From NCBI GenBank assembly GCA_028702135.1, contig JAQVPJ010000001.1, positions 94,334 through 158,333 of the forward strand: a DNA stretch of 64,000 nt. The letters run 5' to 3'. Below, one piece after another: positions 36,017 to 46,407 of this stretch (position 1 is the stretch's first letter; each line of letters opens with the position of its first letter). The DNA comes from Eubacteriales bacterium. GTDB taxonomy: Bacteria; Bacillota; Clostridia; Oscillospirales; CAG-382. A program made the translations under genes and the position numbers. The notes beneath the pieces are model-generated. The model was not told the DNA's origin. It did not search any database and saw only the letters and a list, made by a program, of their open reading frames with translations.

Positions 36017-37303
36017 TCATCCCCTCTGATTGAGTTGGTTCATAACGAGCCCCGTTTTAAGTTTCGGATAAAAGTATGTACTCTTCTGCGGCATCTTATC
36101 GCCTGCAAGCGATACATCCTTTATCTCGTTTATTTGTGTCGGATTGATTATAAAGGCAAGCGAACACTCGCCCTTTCTCACTCGCTCGACCGCCTCTTCC
36201 GATGAACGCGTATAACGCAGATTTATCTGATTCGCCATATTCTGTTTGTCTATACCAAGCCCATTTTCAAGTATAAGCGAATGTAAAACCGTAACATCAA
36301 GGCTGCTGTAGGCTTTTGACCTGCTCTCAAAAACCATATCATCCACCTGTGGCTTTGCACTCAGCAGCGTAAAGCCCTCTCCGCCGTCATACATCGCAAA
36401 GACGTGCTTGTTTCTGAATTTCTCAAGAATCTCTCCGGCCTTTGATACATCGGGATACTCCTGTATATCAAAATACCCGGAAATTTTTTCGAGAAGTTCC
36501 TGTTTGTCTATGTCAAGTCCCGTTACCAGTCTGTGAGTGGGAAAAATAACCAGACCTTCGTCATCCATATCGACGAGAGTCATCATCATGCAATCAGCGG
36601 TAGTTCCGCTCAGCTTTTTTTGATTTTCAAGATGCTTTTTAAAGTTGAGCGCAGTCTCGTATCTGTGATGGCCGTCGGCGATAAAAAGCTGTTTGTCGGA
36701 AAACGCTCTTATCAGCGTATCAAGCTCGTTCTCATCCTCAATCTTCCATAACAGGTGGGTAACTCCCTCTTCATCCGTGAATTCCTTTTCGGGTTTTGAT
36801 TCGACAGCTTTTAAAAGCACGCGTTTAATTGTTCCCGCCGGATCGAGATAAAGCGAATACACCGATGAAAAGTTGCAATATGTGGCGTTCATCAGATTGA
36901 ATCTGTCTGTTTTTGCTTTAGACAGCGTTTCCTCATGCGGGAGTACGATTTTTTCGGAAAAATCATAGAGCTTTACAAGGCAGATAAGTCCTGTGACGGT
37001 ATATTCCCTGCCTTTCACGGAGAACTTCTCCCTATACACGAACATTCCCTCTTTACTGTCACGTCCGAGTATGCCGGTTTGTATCCATTCAGACAGTTTT
37101 TTCCCTGCTTCGTCATACCTGTCGCACGAATCCGGAAAAGTATCGACGGGCAGCTCTAAATTAACTAAATTATAGGGGCTTCTCTTAATGAGTCTTTCCC
37201 TTTCCTCTCCCGAAATTATATCATAGGGAGGGCATACGTTATCCTCAAGCCTTCCGGCCTTTTCAGTATATAAAAGCGCTTTGATTTTCCTGACTTCTGC
37301 CAT
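36017..37303 (-). CDS. DUF1015 domain protein
   Basis: 428 aa. Contains LFIADGHHRYETAL. It ends 9 nt before the valS start. Confidence 0.8.
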   Translation of the reverse strand: MAEVRKIKALLYTEKAGRLEDNVCPPYDIISGEERERLIKRSPYNLVNLELPVDTFPDSCDRYDEAGKKLSEWIQTGILGRDSKEGMFVYREKFSVKGREYTVTGLICLVKLYDFSEKIVLPHEETLSKAKTDRFNLMNATYCNFSSVYSLYLDPAGTIKRVLLKAVESKPEKEFTDEEGVTHLLWKIEDENELDTLIRAFSDKQLFIADGHHRYETALNFKKHLENQKKLSGTTADCMMMTLVDMDDEGLVIFPTHRLVTGLDIDKQELLEKISGYFDIQEYPDVSKAGEILEKFRNKHVFAMYDGGEGFTLLSAKPQVDDMVFESRSKAYSSLDVTVLHSLILENGLGIDKQNMANQINLRYTRSSEEAVERVRKGECSLAFIINPTQINEIKDVSLAGDKMPQKSTYFYPKLKTGLVMNQLNQRG

Positions 37304-37341
37304 ACAGTAATACCTCTGTAAAATGAATTTTTTAATAATGC

Positions 37342-39714
37342 CTATATTTCCGTAAGCTTTGCGAAAGTCGCCATAAGACGTTTTTTAGAACCGTTGTCAA
37401 ACTCTATCTCATAAAGCACATCCGATGCCATTTTCTCTGCCGAAAGTACCGTTCCGGTGCCGAAAATAATATGGGAAATCCGTTGCCCGGCTTTGAAAAC
37501 CTTTAACTTTTGGTCCTCACGGGGATCCTGAGAGTAACCAACATTCCTTAAAAATGATTTCTGAGAGCTCTTATACTTCTTTTTCGCCTCGCTGATCGTT
37601 GTTACGGGAGGTTGCGGTTTGTTGTCCTCGACCTTGCATTCGGCGGGTATCTCTCCAATAAACCGGGAAGCGGGGTTTGACGATGTACGACCGAACAAAA
37701 GCCTTGTATTGGCGTGCAGAATAATCAGCTTCTTTTTTGCTCTTGTAATCGCCACATACGCAAGCCTTCGTTCCTCCTCAAGCCCTTTGTCACTCTCCGT
37801 AATCGCCTGCACGCTCGGGAAAATACCCTCCTCAAAGCCGGGAATAAATACGACGGGGAACTCTAAACCCTTTGCGGAATGCACGGTCATAAGAGTGACG
37901 GCATCCGTATCCTTGTCGTAATTATCCGTATCGCTGACAAGTGCAATATCCTCAAGGAACAAAGAAAGCGTAGGCTCCTGAGTGCTTTCCTCAAATGCAA
38001 CTGCTGACGAGACGAACTCATCAAGGTTCTCCGCCTTGCTTGTATCAATCTCATCCTCTAAAAGCATTTCCTTATATCCCGTTCTTATGATAACCTCTTT
38101 TACAAGCTCGGATAACGTATTTGTTTTCGAAAACTCGCTTAAGTCGGCGATCAGAGCATAAAACCGTTCGAGCTTAGTATAGCTCTTTTGCAGTTCGGGA
38201 TAATCAAAAGCTTTCTTTATTACCTCAAAAAACGATATGTTGTTTTTCTGCGCCAGTTCTCCGATCGCGGCTATGGTGTTGGTTCCGATACCTCTGCGCG
38301 GAGTGTTTATTATCCTCTTAAGTCTTGTATCGTCACTCGGATTGTTTATTACCGAAAGATAAGCGATGATGTCCTTTATCTCCTTGCGCTCGTAAAACCG
38401 TATTCCCCCGAAAACCCTGTAAGGTACCTTGCTTTTTGAAAAAATTATCTCAAGTGCGTTTGACTGTGCATTCATACGGTAAAGAATTGCAAAATCGTTA
38501 TAAGTATATTCATGTGACAATACCGCACTTTTTATGTTGTTAATTATAAAGGTTGCCTCGTCGCTTTGAGTCGATTGCCTTTTGATAAGCACGGGTTCGC
38601 CATCGCCTGCGTCTGTCCAGAGATTCTTACCCTTTCTCTCTATGTTGTTTTGTATCAGTCCGTTCGCAGCGGTAAGTATATTCTGTGTTGAGCGGTAGTT
38701 CTGTTCAAGACGTATGATTTTTGCTCCCTTAAAGGTTTTGTCAAAGGACAGAATATTCTCGACCGTCGCACCTCTGAAAGCGTATATGCTCTGATCGTCA
38801 TCCCCCACTACACAAACATTCTTCTTTTCACCCGCTAAAAGCGATATAAGCCGGCTTTGAGAGGGGTTGGTATCCTGATACTCATCCACAAGTATATAAT
38901 CGAACTGTTCCCTGTATTTTGCGAGCACATCCGGGTTTTTTGTAAAAAGCGTATTCGCAAGCATTATGATATCATCGAAATCAAGAGCGTTTGCACGCCT
39001 CAGACTGCTCTGGTACTCTGAATATACCGCCGATAGCTTCTGCATACGGGTATCTTTCTCGGAGTCTGCTTTAAAGTCATCCGGCGTTTGTCCCTTCTCC
39101 TTGGCTCTCGAAATGGTGTTTATCACAGTACGCACAGCGAGCAGATTCTCGTCAATATTCATTCTTTTTAAAATATACGTTATCAGTTTCTTAGTGTCTT
39201 CCGAATCATAAATCGTAAAGCTGCTGTCATATCCGAGATGACCGATATGCCTTCTTAATATTCTTACACATACCGAATGAAAGGTTCCCGCCCAGATGTC
39301 CCCGGCAGATTCGCCGAGCAGGGAGTTAAGTCTTTCCTTGAACTCACTTGCAGCTTTGTTTGTAAAGGTAATGCATAAAATTTTGTATGGTTTTGCCGGG
39401 GTCTCGGCAAAACACGTTAAAAATTCCCCTATTTCCTCACGGGTCCCCCTGTCTGCAAGCTCCGTCATCCGCTCATACAGAGCGTCCGCTTCCTTTGGTA
39501 TGGCCTCCGAATTATATGCGTTTCCGTAACGGATGATATTGAAAATCCTGTTTACAAGCACGGTAGTTTTTCCGCTGCCCGCGCCCGCAAGCACAAGCAG
39601 AGGCCCGTTTACGCTGTAAACAGCGCTGCGTTGCATCTGATTCAGGTGTCCGTAATATTTGTCAAAAAGCTCTCTCTTTAAACTAATAAACCCTTCTCTT
39701 TTCACCAAGTTCAC
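37342..39714 (-). CDS. pcrA: ATP-dependent DNA helicase PcrA (UvrD family)
   Basis: 790 aa. Contains AGAGSGKTT, DEYQDTN, QNYRST, VTLMTVHSAKGLEF. Confidence 0.9.
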   Translation of the reverse strand: MNLVKREGFISLKRELFDKYYGHLNQMQRSAVYSVNGPLLVLAGAGSGKTTVLVNRIFNIIRYGNAYNSEAIPKEADALYERMTELADRGTREEIGEFLTCFAETPAKPYKILCITFTNKAASEFKERLNSLLGESAGDIWAGTFHSVCVRILRRHIGHLGYDSSFTIYDSEDTKKLITYILKRMNIDENLLAVRTVINTISRAKEKGQTPDDFKADSEKDTRMQKLSAVYSEYQSSLRRANALDFDDIIMLANTLFTKNPDVLAKYREQFDYILVDEYQDTNPSQSRLISLLAGEKKNVCVVGDDDQSIYAFRGATVENILSFDKTFKGAKIIRLEQNYRSTQNILTAANGLIQNNIERKGKNLWTDAGDGEPVLIKRQSTQSDEATFIINNIKSAVLSHEYTYNDFAILYRMNAQSNALEIIFSKSKVPYRVFGGIRFYERKEIKDIIAYLSVINNPSDDTRLKRIINTPRRGIGTNTIAAIGELAQKNNISFFEVIKKAFDYPELQKSYTKLERFYALIADLSEFSKTNTLSELVKEVIIRTGYKEMLLEDEIDTSKAENLDEFVSSAVAFEESTQEPTLSLFLEDIALVSDTDNYDKDTDAVTLMTVHSAKGLEFPVVFIPGFEEGIFPSVQAITESDKGLEEERRLAYVAITRAKKKLIILHANTRLLFGRTSSNPASRFIGEIPAECKVEDNKPQPPVTTISEAKKKYKSSQKSFLRNVGYSQDPREDQKLKVFKAGQRISHIIFGTGTVLSAEKMASDVLYEIEFDNGSKKRLMATFAKLTEI

Positions 39715-39932
39715 ATCTTTCTTTTATTATACATATCAAATTATTATACAACATTTTCGTGCGAAAATCAAGGGTAAATAGTCTAAAGGCTTTTTGTTCC
39801 GGATTGTTTCGACAAAAATATTTTTAATATGTATATATTTATTTAAAACTACATGAAATTAAACAAATATATGTTGACTTACAGGCAAAAATAGGCTAAT
39901 ATTATTATAATTAATTTTGGGAGGATGAAAGA

Positions 39933-42518
39933 ATGAAAAAAACCATAAGGCTTATGTCCTTTGTGCTGATATTATTAGTACTTACAAGCATTTTCCCGCT
40001 TGCAGGTTTTGCATACGGTACAGACGACAGTAAGCTTATCGTTACACATCTGAACACAAGCAGCCCCGAGGGCGCAGGAGTTATACTGACGCCGCTTACA
40101 GGGACAACCGTAGGGTCGGGATTTGATTGGTGGGTTCTTGTTACCTTCGATTGGAGCGAAGCGGATTCCTGCTACAAAGTAACGAATGTACAACCGGAAA
40201 TGAATGTTAACAAATCCTCAACGGTGATACCGGAAACCGGTTTTGTTTATGCGGTAAATACAGGTAATAATTACCCCTATCTATATAATCAAGACCCTGT
40301 AAAATACGCCGTTCACAAAAACAAACCTAATTATAGAACAACAAGAACCGACAACTCTTTCAACTATGCAAAAGCACTTACAGTCGGTACAAAAGCATAT
40401 CTGTATAATACCGATATAACAAATCTTGTAGTTCTTGATAACGGTCACAATTGGTATGCGGAGGATTATGTTTCGGAGTCATACATAAAGATCGGAACGC
40501 CTGATTCCACCGGAGTTTTATACGATCCGAACAATGTAGAAAAACTTATTAAGCAGTACACGCTCGAGCCTACCGACATAAACTCCGATGTTTATACGAA
40601 AGGCAAGTCAGTTCTGTTTACAAAATCGTACGGAACAAATATTTATGGCAACGGTACAGCCCCAAAGTATCAATGGTGGAAGACGGTTGTCTTTGATTGG
40701 AACGATGTCGACGACTGTTATGTCATAACGAGCATAAACACGACTATGGACAACAACTCAGCAAAGCAGCCCGTAATACCCGAGAATGGTTTTGTTTTGG
40801 CAGTTTGCACTGACACTGCAGACGCAAACGATCCCACTGCGGTAACATATTCGAACATCAGTAAATTGGAGTTGGGCTCAAAGGCGTATTTATACGACAT
40901 AAATATTGCGGCGGGAACGCTCGGAACATCGCCTAAAATTTGTGTAAACAAGCCCGACGGGGATTTGACCGCATATACCCCGACGCTTGCGGGAACAAGA
41001 CTTCAAGCGCCGGTCCTTACTAACATGACAGAAAAAAGAACGCTTACTTCCAACACCAATTTTGAAGTTAAGTGGTCTGCTGTTGAAGGGGCTACCGGTT
41101 ATGTGATAAACGTCAATAATTCCACTTATGTAACCGACGGTGTTCTTACCGTCAGCAACGCCTCAGTAACAGGAACCTCGTATACAATAAGCGGCAGTCT
41201 GCTTGAGATAGGAAACACCTACACCGTTTCCGTTTATGCTACCGGCACGGGAAAAGCTCCCAGCATGATAAGCAGAGCAAGGCTCGCGGTTATCAGCGAG
41301 GACGCATTGAACAGCAGTCTACGCACAAAAACCATTGTCGCCTTCGGTGACAGTTTAACCGCAAAATCCGGTTGGGTCGGCCTTCTCGGCGGACGCTTCG
41401 GTGCCGAAGTAATAAATGCCGGTGTCGGCGGTGACTCTACATTTAACGCAAGGTCAAGGTTTGCAAATCATGTCGTCGCACGTGAACCTGATATTGTTTT
41501 AATTAATTTCGGTATGAACGACCAGTCGATGGGAATAACAACCAAAAAACCTATAATCGCTCTGGATATTTACACCGAAAACCTTGAATATTTCGCCACG
41601 GAACTAACGGAATCCGGTGTGGATGTTGTTTTTGTCACGCCCAACCCCGTCTGCACCGCCGAGGGTTATTATTCGCCGGGCGGATACGGACTGAACTACG
41701 GCACAGACAATATGCTCAAGTATTGCGAGGCAATGAGAAAAGTAGCGTTGAAGTACGGCTGCGGTTTAGTCGATATAAACGCCGAGTGTGGAAAAGAAGA
41801 CCTCACGAAATTCTTAAACGCCGGCGACGGAATACATCAGTCCGCTTACGGTCATCAGAGATACGCCGAGCTTATCGGAGATTATCTCGTAGCTGCTTAT
41901 GACGACAATAATGCTTCCACCGTCGAGATAAGATATCTCGATGACAAAGACGCTTTACTGGCGGATTCCGTTACTCTTAAGGGTGCGATAGGCTCGACTG
42001 TTCTTATCCCCTGTGCAGATATTGACGGTTATGTCTCTGCAACAAAGTCGAAGAGCTTTACATTCACATCCTCAGCTCAGACCGTGACCTTTATGTATTC
42101 CGAGGCTGATAAGACGATAGAATTGGATGGACAAAGCGGTTTTACAATAAGCGAAGACTTTCTGTTTATAAACAGCGCAAAACTTTCGGTAGCCGATGTT
42201 CTGGCTCAGATTAAGACAGCCGGAGTAACCTGCACCCCGAAAAGCGGTTCTTTCGTCGGAACAGGCAGCGTGTTGCAGCTTAAATCGGGCGACACAGTCA
42301 TTGACGAGCTTACTGTTATTTTAAAGGGAGATGCTTCCGGTGACGGAGACATTACCGCAAAGGATTATTTGTATGTAAAACGCAGCTTCCTCGGAACTCT
42401 AAATTTAAATGACGATGCCCTTGCCGCCGGCGATATTGATGGCAACGGAAGCATAACATCGATGGATTATCTGAAGCTCAAGCGCCACGTTATCGGAACT
42501 TACGATATATTCGGATAA
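39933..42518 (+). CDS. secreted multidomain SGNH/GDSL hydrolase with a C-terminal dockerin
   Basis: Signal peptide, two related N-terminal modules, an Fn3-like segment, the GDSL blocks (FGDSLT, GVGGDS, NFGMND, DGIHQS), and two dockerin Ca-binding repeats (GDASGDGDITAKD, GDIDGNGSITSMD). Confidence 0.8.
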   Translation: MKKTIRLMSFVLILLVLTSIFPLAGFAYGTDDSKLIVTHLNTSSPEGAGVILTPLTGTTVGSGFDWWVLVTFDWSEADSCYKVTNVQPEMNVNKSSTVIPETGFVYAVNTGNNYPYLYNQDPVKYAVHKNKPNYRTTRTDNSFNYAKALTVGTKAYLYNTDITNLVVLDNGHNWYAEDYVSESYIKIGTPDSTGVLYDPNNVEKLIKQYTLEPTDINSDVYTKGKSVLFTKSYGTNIYGNGTAPKYQWWKTVVFDWNDVDDCYVITSINTTMDNNSAKQPVIPENGFVLAVCTDTADANDPTAVTYSNISKLELGSKAYLYDINIAAGTLGTSPKICVNKPDGDLTAYTPTLAGTRLQAPVLTNMTEKRTLTSNTNFEVKWSAVEGATGYVINVNNSTYVTDGVLTVSNASVTGTSYTISGSLLEIGNTYTVSVYATGTGKAPSMISRARLAVISEDALNSSLRTKTIVAFGDSLTAKSGWVGLLGGRFGAEVINAGVGGDSTFNARSRFANHVVAREPDIVLINFGMNDQSMGITTKKPIIALDIYTENLEYFATELTESGVDVVFVTPNPVCTAEGYYSPGGYGLNYGTDNMLKYCEAMRKVALKYGCGLVDINAECGKEDLTKFLNAGDGIHQSAYGHQRYAELIGDYLVAAYDDNNASTVEIRYLDDKDALLADSVTLKGAIGSTVLIPCADIDGYVSATKSKSFTFTSSAQTVTFMYSEADKTIELDGQSGFTISEDFLFINSAKLSVADVLAQIKTAGVTCTPKSGSFVGTGSVLQLKSGDTVIDELTVILKGDASGDGDITAKDYLYVKRSFLGTLNLNDDALAAGDIDGNGSITSMDYLKLKRHVIGTYDIFG

Positions 42519-43231
42519 TGGGCAGAACGGATAAAAACGCAGTTAATCCGCACAAAAATCACCGCCAACGGTTGAAAGCGCGTTTTGTCAGCGAGGGAGC
42601 AAACAGCCTTGATGACAAAACGCTGCTCGAACTGCTTTTATCCTTTGCTCTGCCTCGTATCGACACACGTCCGCTTGCCGCCGAGCTAATCGAGCGGTTC
42701 GGAACGATTACGAGAGTTTTTGACGCATCAATAAAAGAGCTGACTCAAATAGAAGGAATCAGGCAGCATACAGCTATTCTTATAGTTATGCTGCCTGAGC
42801 TTTCACGCCGGTATCTTTCGGGAAAGACAGATAGCTGCCTATCGTTCCATGAAGAAAAAGTTGCCGCGGAGTACCTAAAGAACTGTTTTTCCGGGCTTAA
42901 GGAGGAACGCGTAATGCTCCTTTGCCTCGATGCTTACGGCGGCTTGATCGAAAGAAAAGAGCTCCATAGAGGAAGCATTAATTCTGCGGCTTTTTCAATG
43001 CGTATGATTACAGAAACGGCAATAACAAGCTCCTGTGCTTTCGTTATTCTTGCACATAACCATCCGAACGGCTCAATAATACCTTCAAATGAGGACATCT
43101 ACACAACCCAGCGTGTTGCGGCGGCGCTGCTTATAAACGATATCGAACTTATCGAGCACTATATTATTGCGGGCGATAAGTACACGCCTATTATGAAAAA
43201 TATGCCCGAACGGTACGGAAATAAAGCGTAA
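42518..43231 (+). CDS. radC: RadC-family JAB/MPN domain protein
   Basis: Contains ILAHNHPNGSIIPSNEDI. The ATG overlaps the upstream TAA (TAATG). Confidence 0.85.
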   Translation: MGRTDKNAVNPHKNHRQRLKARFVSEGANSLDDKTLLELLLSFALPRIDTRPLAAELIERFGTITRVFDASIKELTQIEGIRQHTAILIVMLPELSRRYLSGKTDSCLSFHEEKVAAEYLKNCFSGLKEERVMLLCLDAYGGLIERKELHRGSINSAAFSMRMITETAITSSCAFVILAHNHPNGSIIPSNEDIYTTQRVAAALLINDIELIEHYIIAGDKYTPIMKNMPERYGNKA

Positions 43232-43327
43232 TATGGTGAAAACGGGAACTTGATTAAGATAAAAACAAGTGCTTTATTGCCTTTTGCTTGGAAACCCGTG
43301 ACATGCTGAATAACATTTTTGAATAAC

Positions 43328-43377
43328 AATAAGGCATTACTGATTTATGCAGTCAGAAATGCCTTATTTTGTTTTTT
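43328..43377 (+). terminator. rho-independent terminator after radC
   Basis: AATAAGGCATT...AATGCCTTATT followed by TTGTTTTTT. Confidence 0.7.
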
Positions 43378-43403
43378 AAAATAATTGCACCTGCAATTAT
43401 TTT
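43378..43403. repeat. 26-bp palindrome at the edge of the low-GC patch
   Basis: AAAATAATTGCAccTGCAATTATTTT. Confidence 0.85.
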
Positions 43404-43698
43404 GCTATCAAATCGGGGTTTTCGAAGTTGTAAAACCGCTGTTTTAGATAAATTGATTATCCCTCGAAACAAAAACCTATTATAAAACAAGGTTTTGCTT
43501 CGACAAAACACAGGATTTGATTTGCCCTTGTTAACCGATCACCCCCCAAAAAGAATATGTTTATTCACTTTTACACAAAATTTTCTGCGGACTCTTTCTA
43601 GATCTTTTTAATTAATTTGGTTAATCATAAAAATTATATTATTAATTAATATGATTCTTTAATAGAATGAGTTCCTAATTTCAAGATATAGATTATTT

Positions 43699-44334
43699 TC
43701 ATTCTGCATCACCTTTACTATTTCTAAAAATGTCAATTAAAATATCTTTTATAAATCCTTTAATATTTTTTATATTGTTTAAAATACTACCGATTTCATC
43801 TTTAAATATTTTGACAAACCTATCAAACGCAATAAATGCAACAACTACTTGTAAGATATAGGGTTTTATTTCAAGCCAAAAGGCTGCATCAATAATGTTT
43901 TTACCATATATTAATTCTAAAGAAGAAATAAATGTAAAAATAAATGCAATTAAATAAACCCATGATTTTATTTTTATTGATTTCACAAATATAGAGTAGA
44001 ATCTTGATAGTTTAAATTTTTTATTAAATTTTGACAGAAAGTTTAGAAAATGCATTCCAAGTTTATCTGGTAAGTATGTACATAATGACAACGTTAAAAA
44101 CAGTGATACAAATATAGCTATTTTTTCATTTAATATATTTGAAAGAATTAAATCTAAAATATCATAAATAGAAACAAATGTATAAATCAACAAAAATAAA
44201 AAAAGTGTAATTAATAGAAATATTGCTAATAATACAACAATAAACATAAGTATATTGTTAATTAATTGTAAGAATTTTCTATTAATTTTTTTATTAATTA
44301 AATAAATCACAATATTAATTAATAAAGTGAACAT
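43699..44334 (-). CDS. very AT-rich polytopic membrane protein, unknown function
   Basis: 211 aa, 4-5 TM helices with a K/N/I-rich composition. Sampled lines are about 17-23% G+C. Confidence 0.5.
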   Translation of the reverse strand: MFTLLINIVIYLINKKINRKFLQLINNILMFIVVLLAIFLLITLFLFLLIYTFVSIYDILDLILSNILNEKIAIFVSLFLTLSLCTYLPDKLGMHFLNFLSKFNKKFKLSRFYSIFVKSIKIKSWVYLIAFIFTFISSLELIYGKNIIDAAFWLEIKPYILQVVVAFIAFDRFVKIFKDEIGSILNNIKNIKGFIKDILIDIFRNSKGDAE

Positions 44335-44569
44335 TAGTACAAGTGAAGTATAAATGAAAGCATTCTCAATAAATAATTTAATATTAATACCACCTAATAA
44401 ATAATTAATTTAGTAATTTTACTTCTTTAAATCCCTGTCAACAGTATCATAATAGTTCAACAACATATGTTTGCTTATAGATTTATAAAAGGAATGGGGA
44501 CTGTTGAAGAAAGCACCGTACACATTTGGTATAAAAATACGAACAAATACATTTCCTTTCTCGTTTTTA

Positions 44570-45892
44570 TTAATTTTTCGCTCTGTTTTCGCACAGCATA
44601 AATTCCAACTCGGAGACTTTTGGGTTTGATATAATCTTTTCATCTTCATTTCCAAAATACAGGGTTAAAACACGGCTATAAGTGTCTTTCCCGGAAATGC
44701 CGTTTTCGGTGTAAATTAATGCTATCGGGTGGCTCTGTTCTGAAAGACTGCTATCAAGTCTTAAATCCCTTAACACAAGAGAAGCGTTTTTATCCCTTAC
44801 CAGTGTCATATCAGTATCTGAATTCTCATCGACCCGGAAATCCTCATCATATATAAATTCCTCTCCGAGGAGCGTTGATACAATCCCGTTTACATCATCT
44901 TCAAAACTTACTCCTTCGGGCAGTGGCAGACCGACAAGTGCACATTTGGTATAAAAGCTAACCTTTACAGTTGATCCTCCTTTTTTATGTGCTTCATAAT
45001 CATGGAGATATCCCAACTTGTCACCTGAAGCAAGCACTCCGCCACCTTTTTCACTATCGTAGTACATGAAATCCGGCGCAATTCCGCTTTCCTGGAGTGA
45101 CTTTCCCTCATATGTAAGCGAATCTACAAAGTCGATGAGAGACATTTGAGTCATTGCCGTCTTGATTCCTTTGCTATCAAGGGTTGACGAAAACTTCGCA
45201 AGGACAGTACTGGCAACTATGGGAGATGGCTCAGTATTTTCCGACACGTCAAAAGTTTTATGTACGCTATCTTTGAGGATGTTTTGAAATTCGTCTTTGA
45301 GTATAAAGCATCTGTATTGTAAATTGCTATCCACCAAATCTTCAAATGCAATATAAACCAATTGTCCGTTTATATTACCGCAGACACCGATTTTATCTGT
45401 TCCTACCGGGCAATTTCCATATCCGACAAAGATTTCTTTAGTAGCATTATATATATCTGTTTCGTTATCATTGATAATTGCAAAATCCCCTGCAAAATCA
45501 TGCTTTATAATTGACTCTACCATAGACCATTCCGGTCCATCGGTAACTCGCTGTTCCCCGATATATGCGACATTAACATCACCAGAAGGTATATCATAGG
45601 ACTTTTTTACGATAGTCCAATTCTCAAGGAAGCTTCTTACTGCGAGGAAATTTTTCTCACTATCCTCGGTAATTTCCATAATGTTAAAATTGGCCGCCTT
45701 TGCTATAGTCTTGCCTTCTTCTGAAAAGCCTATATCCATGGACACATATTCCTCGCCTTTTATGATAAAGCTGCCTTCCTGGCCACGCTCGGCTGTTCTG
45801 TCAATAGAAAAATTCCTTATCAATAAAACCGAGCCAAAGATAAATACAACAACTAATAAGCTCAAGCTGATTATTTTACGTCTGTTTTTCAT
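44570..45892 (-). CDS. N-terminally anchored exported protein, unknown function
   Basis: Track ORF starts at 45910. The ATG at 45892 (MKNRRKIISLSLLVVVFIFG) has GAGG 7 nt upstream. No recognisable domain. Confidence 0.55.
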   Translation of the reverse strand: MKNRRKIISLSLLVVVFIFGSVLLIRNFSIDRTAERGQEGSFIIKGEEYVSMDIGFSEEGKTIAKAANFNIMEITEDSEKNFLAVRSFLENWTIVKKSYDIPSGDVNVAYIGEQRVTDGPEWSMVESIIKHDFAGDFAIINDNETDIYNATKEIFVGYGNCPVGTDKIGVCGNINGQLVYIAFEDLVDSNLQYRCFILKDEFQNILKDSVHKTFDVSENTEPSPIVASTVLAKFSSTLDSKGIKTAMTQMSLIDFVDSLTYEGKSLQESGIAPDFMYYDSEKGGGVLASGDKLGYLHDYEAHKKGGSTVKVSFYTKCALVGLPLPEGVSFEDDVNGIVSTLLGEEFIYDEDFRVDENSDTDMTLVRDKNASLVLRDLRLDSSLSEQSHPIALIYTENGISGKDTYSRVLTLYFGNEDEKIISNPKVSELEFMLCENRAKN

Positions 45893-46023
45893 TACTAAAC
45901 CTCGTTTCAACTTTGATGTGCGAAATATATACCGATTGAAAGATAGCTATTACGGAATCATATTAATAGTTATTATAACGAAAGGTGATCAATCTGTACG
46001 ATTTTTATTGAAAGGGTTCCTAT

Positions 46024-46142
46024 GGTTTAAAGTAACTTTTTTCATGTTACAAATGAACATACTGTTACACGGATATTGTAAATCATTTTTTATGAATTGT
46101 CAAGTTCAATTATTCCTGTTATTTTTGTAACATATTACATTT
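46024..46142. repeat. copy B of the 119-bp dispersed promoter/leader repeat
   Basis: 98/119 identical positions, ungapped, with 18752-18870. Confidence 0.85.
46075..46103 (-). promoter_or_regulatory. sigma-A promoter inside repeat copy B
   Basis: On the reverse strand: TTGACA (46103-46098), 17 nt, TACAAT (46080-46075). Confidence 0.6.
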
Positions 46143-46278
46143 CGGGTATAAAAAAACAGCTTATTCGGTTAAAAATAGGCAGTTTTTTGACATGTTTGAA
46201 AATTGTGTTCTTAATGAGTGTTTGTGAGCTGTTATGATGTTTTGTTTTATCATTTTCCGCAGACCTATAGATTTACGC

Positions 46279-46407
46279 TTATCTATTTTCACCATATGGA
46301 ATAATCTGTAATCTCGACTTTAAGATAGGTTGTGGTGAGTCCATATAGTCAGATAATAAATCATTTATCTGTTCGGGTATGGCAGTTTTAAGACATAAAT
46401 AAGTCAT
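46279..46407 (-). CDS. possible 42-aa ORF translationally coupled to the CPCC gene
   Basis: Not in the track (under 60 aa). ATGA overlap with the CPCC stop. My translation: MTYLCLKTAIPEQINDLLSDYMDSPQPILKSRLQIIPYGENR. Confidence 0.25.
   Translation of the reverse strand: MTYLCLKTAIPEQINDLLSDYMDSPQPILKSRLQIIPYGENR

Noticed and set aside
43441-43470. GTTTTAGA...-type sequence resembling a type II CRISPR repeat start
   Set aside because: It is a single occurrence. There is no repeat-spacer periodicity anywhere nearby and no cas genes in the window.
44419-44655. 78-aa ORF overlapping the 3' end of the 446-aa gene
   Set aside because: It has no RBS and its first third overlaps the larger gene in another frame. 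It might hide a frameshifted C-terminal extension, but I cannot support this, so it is not called.
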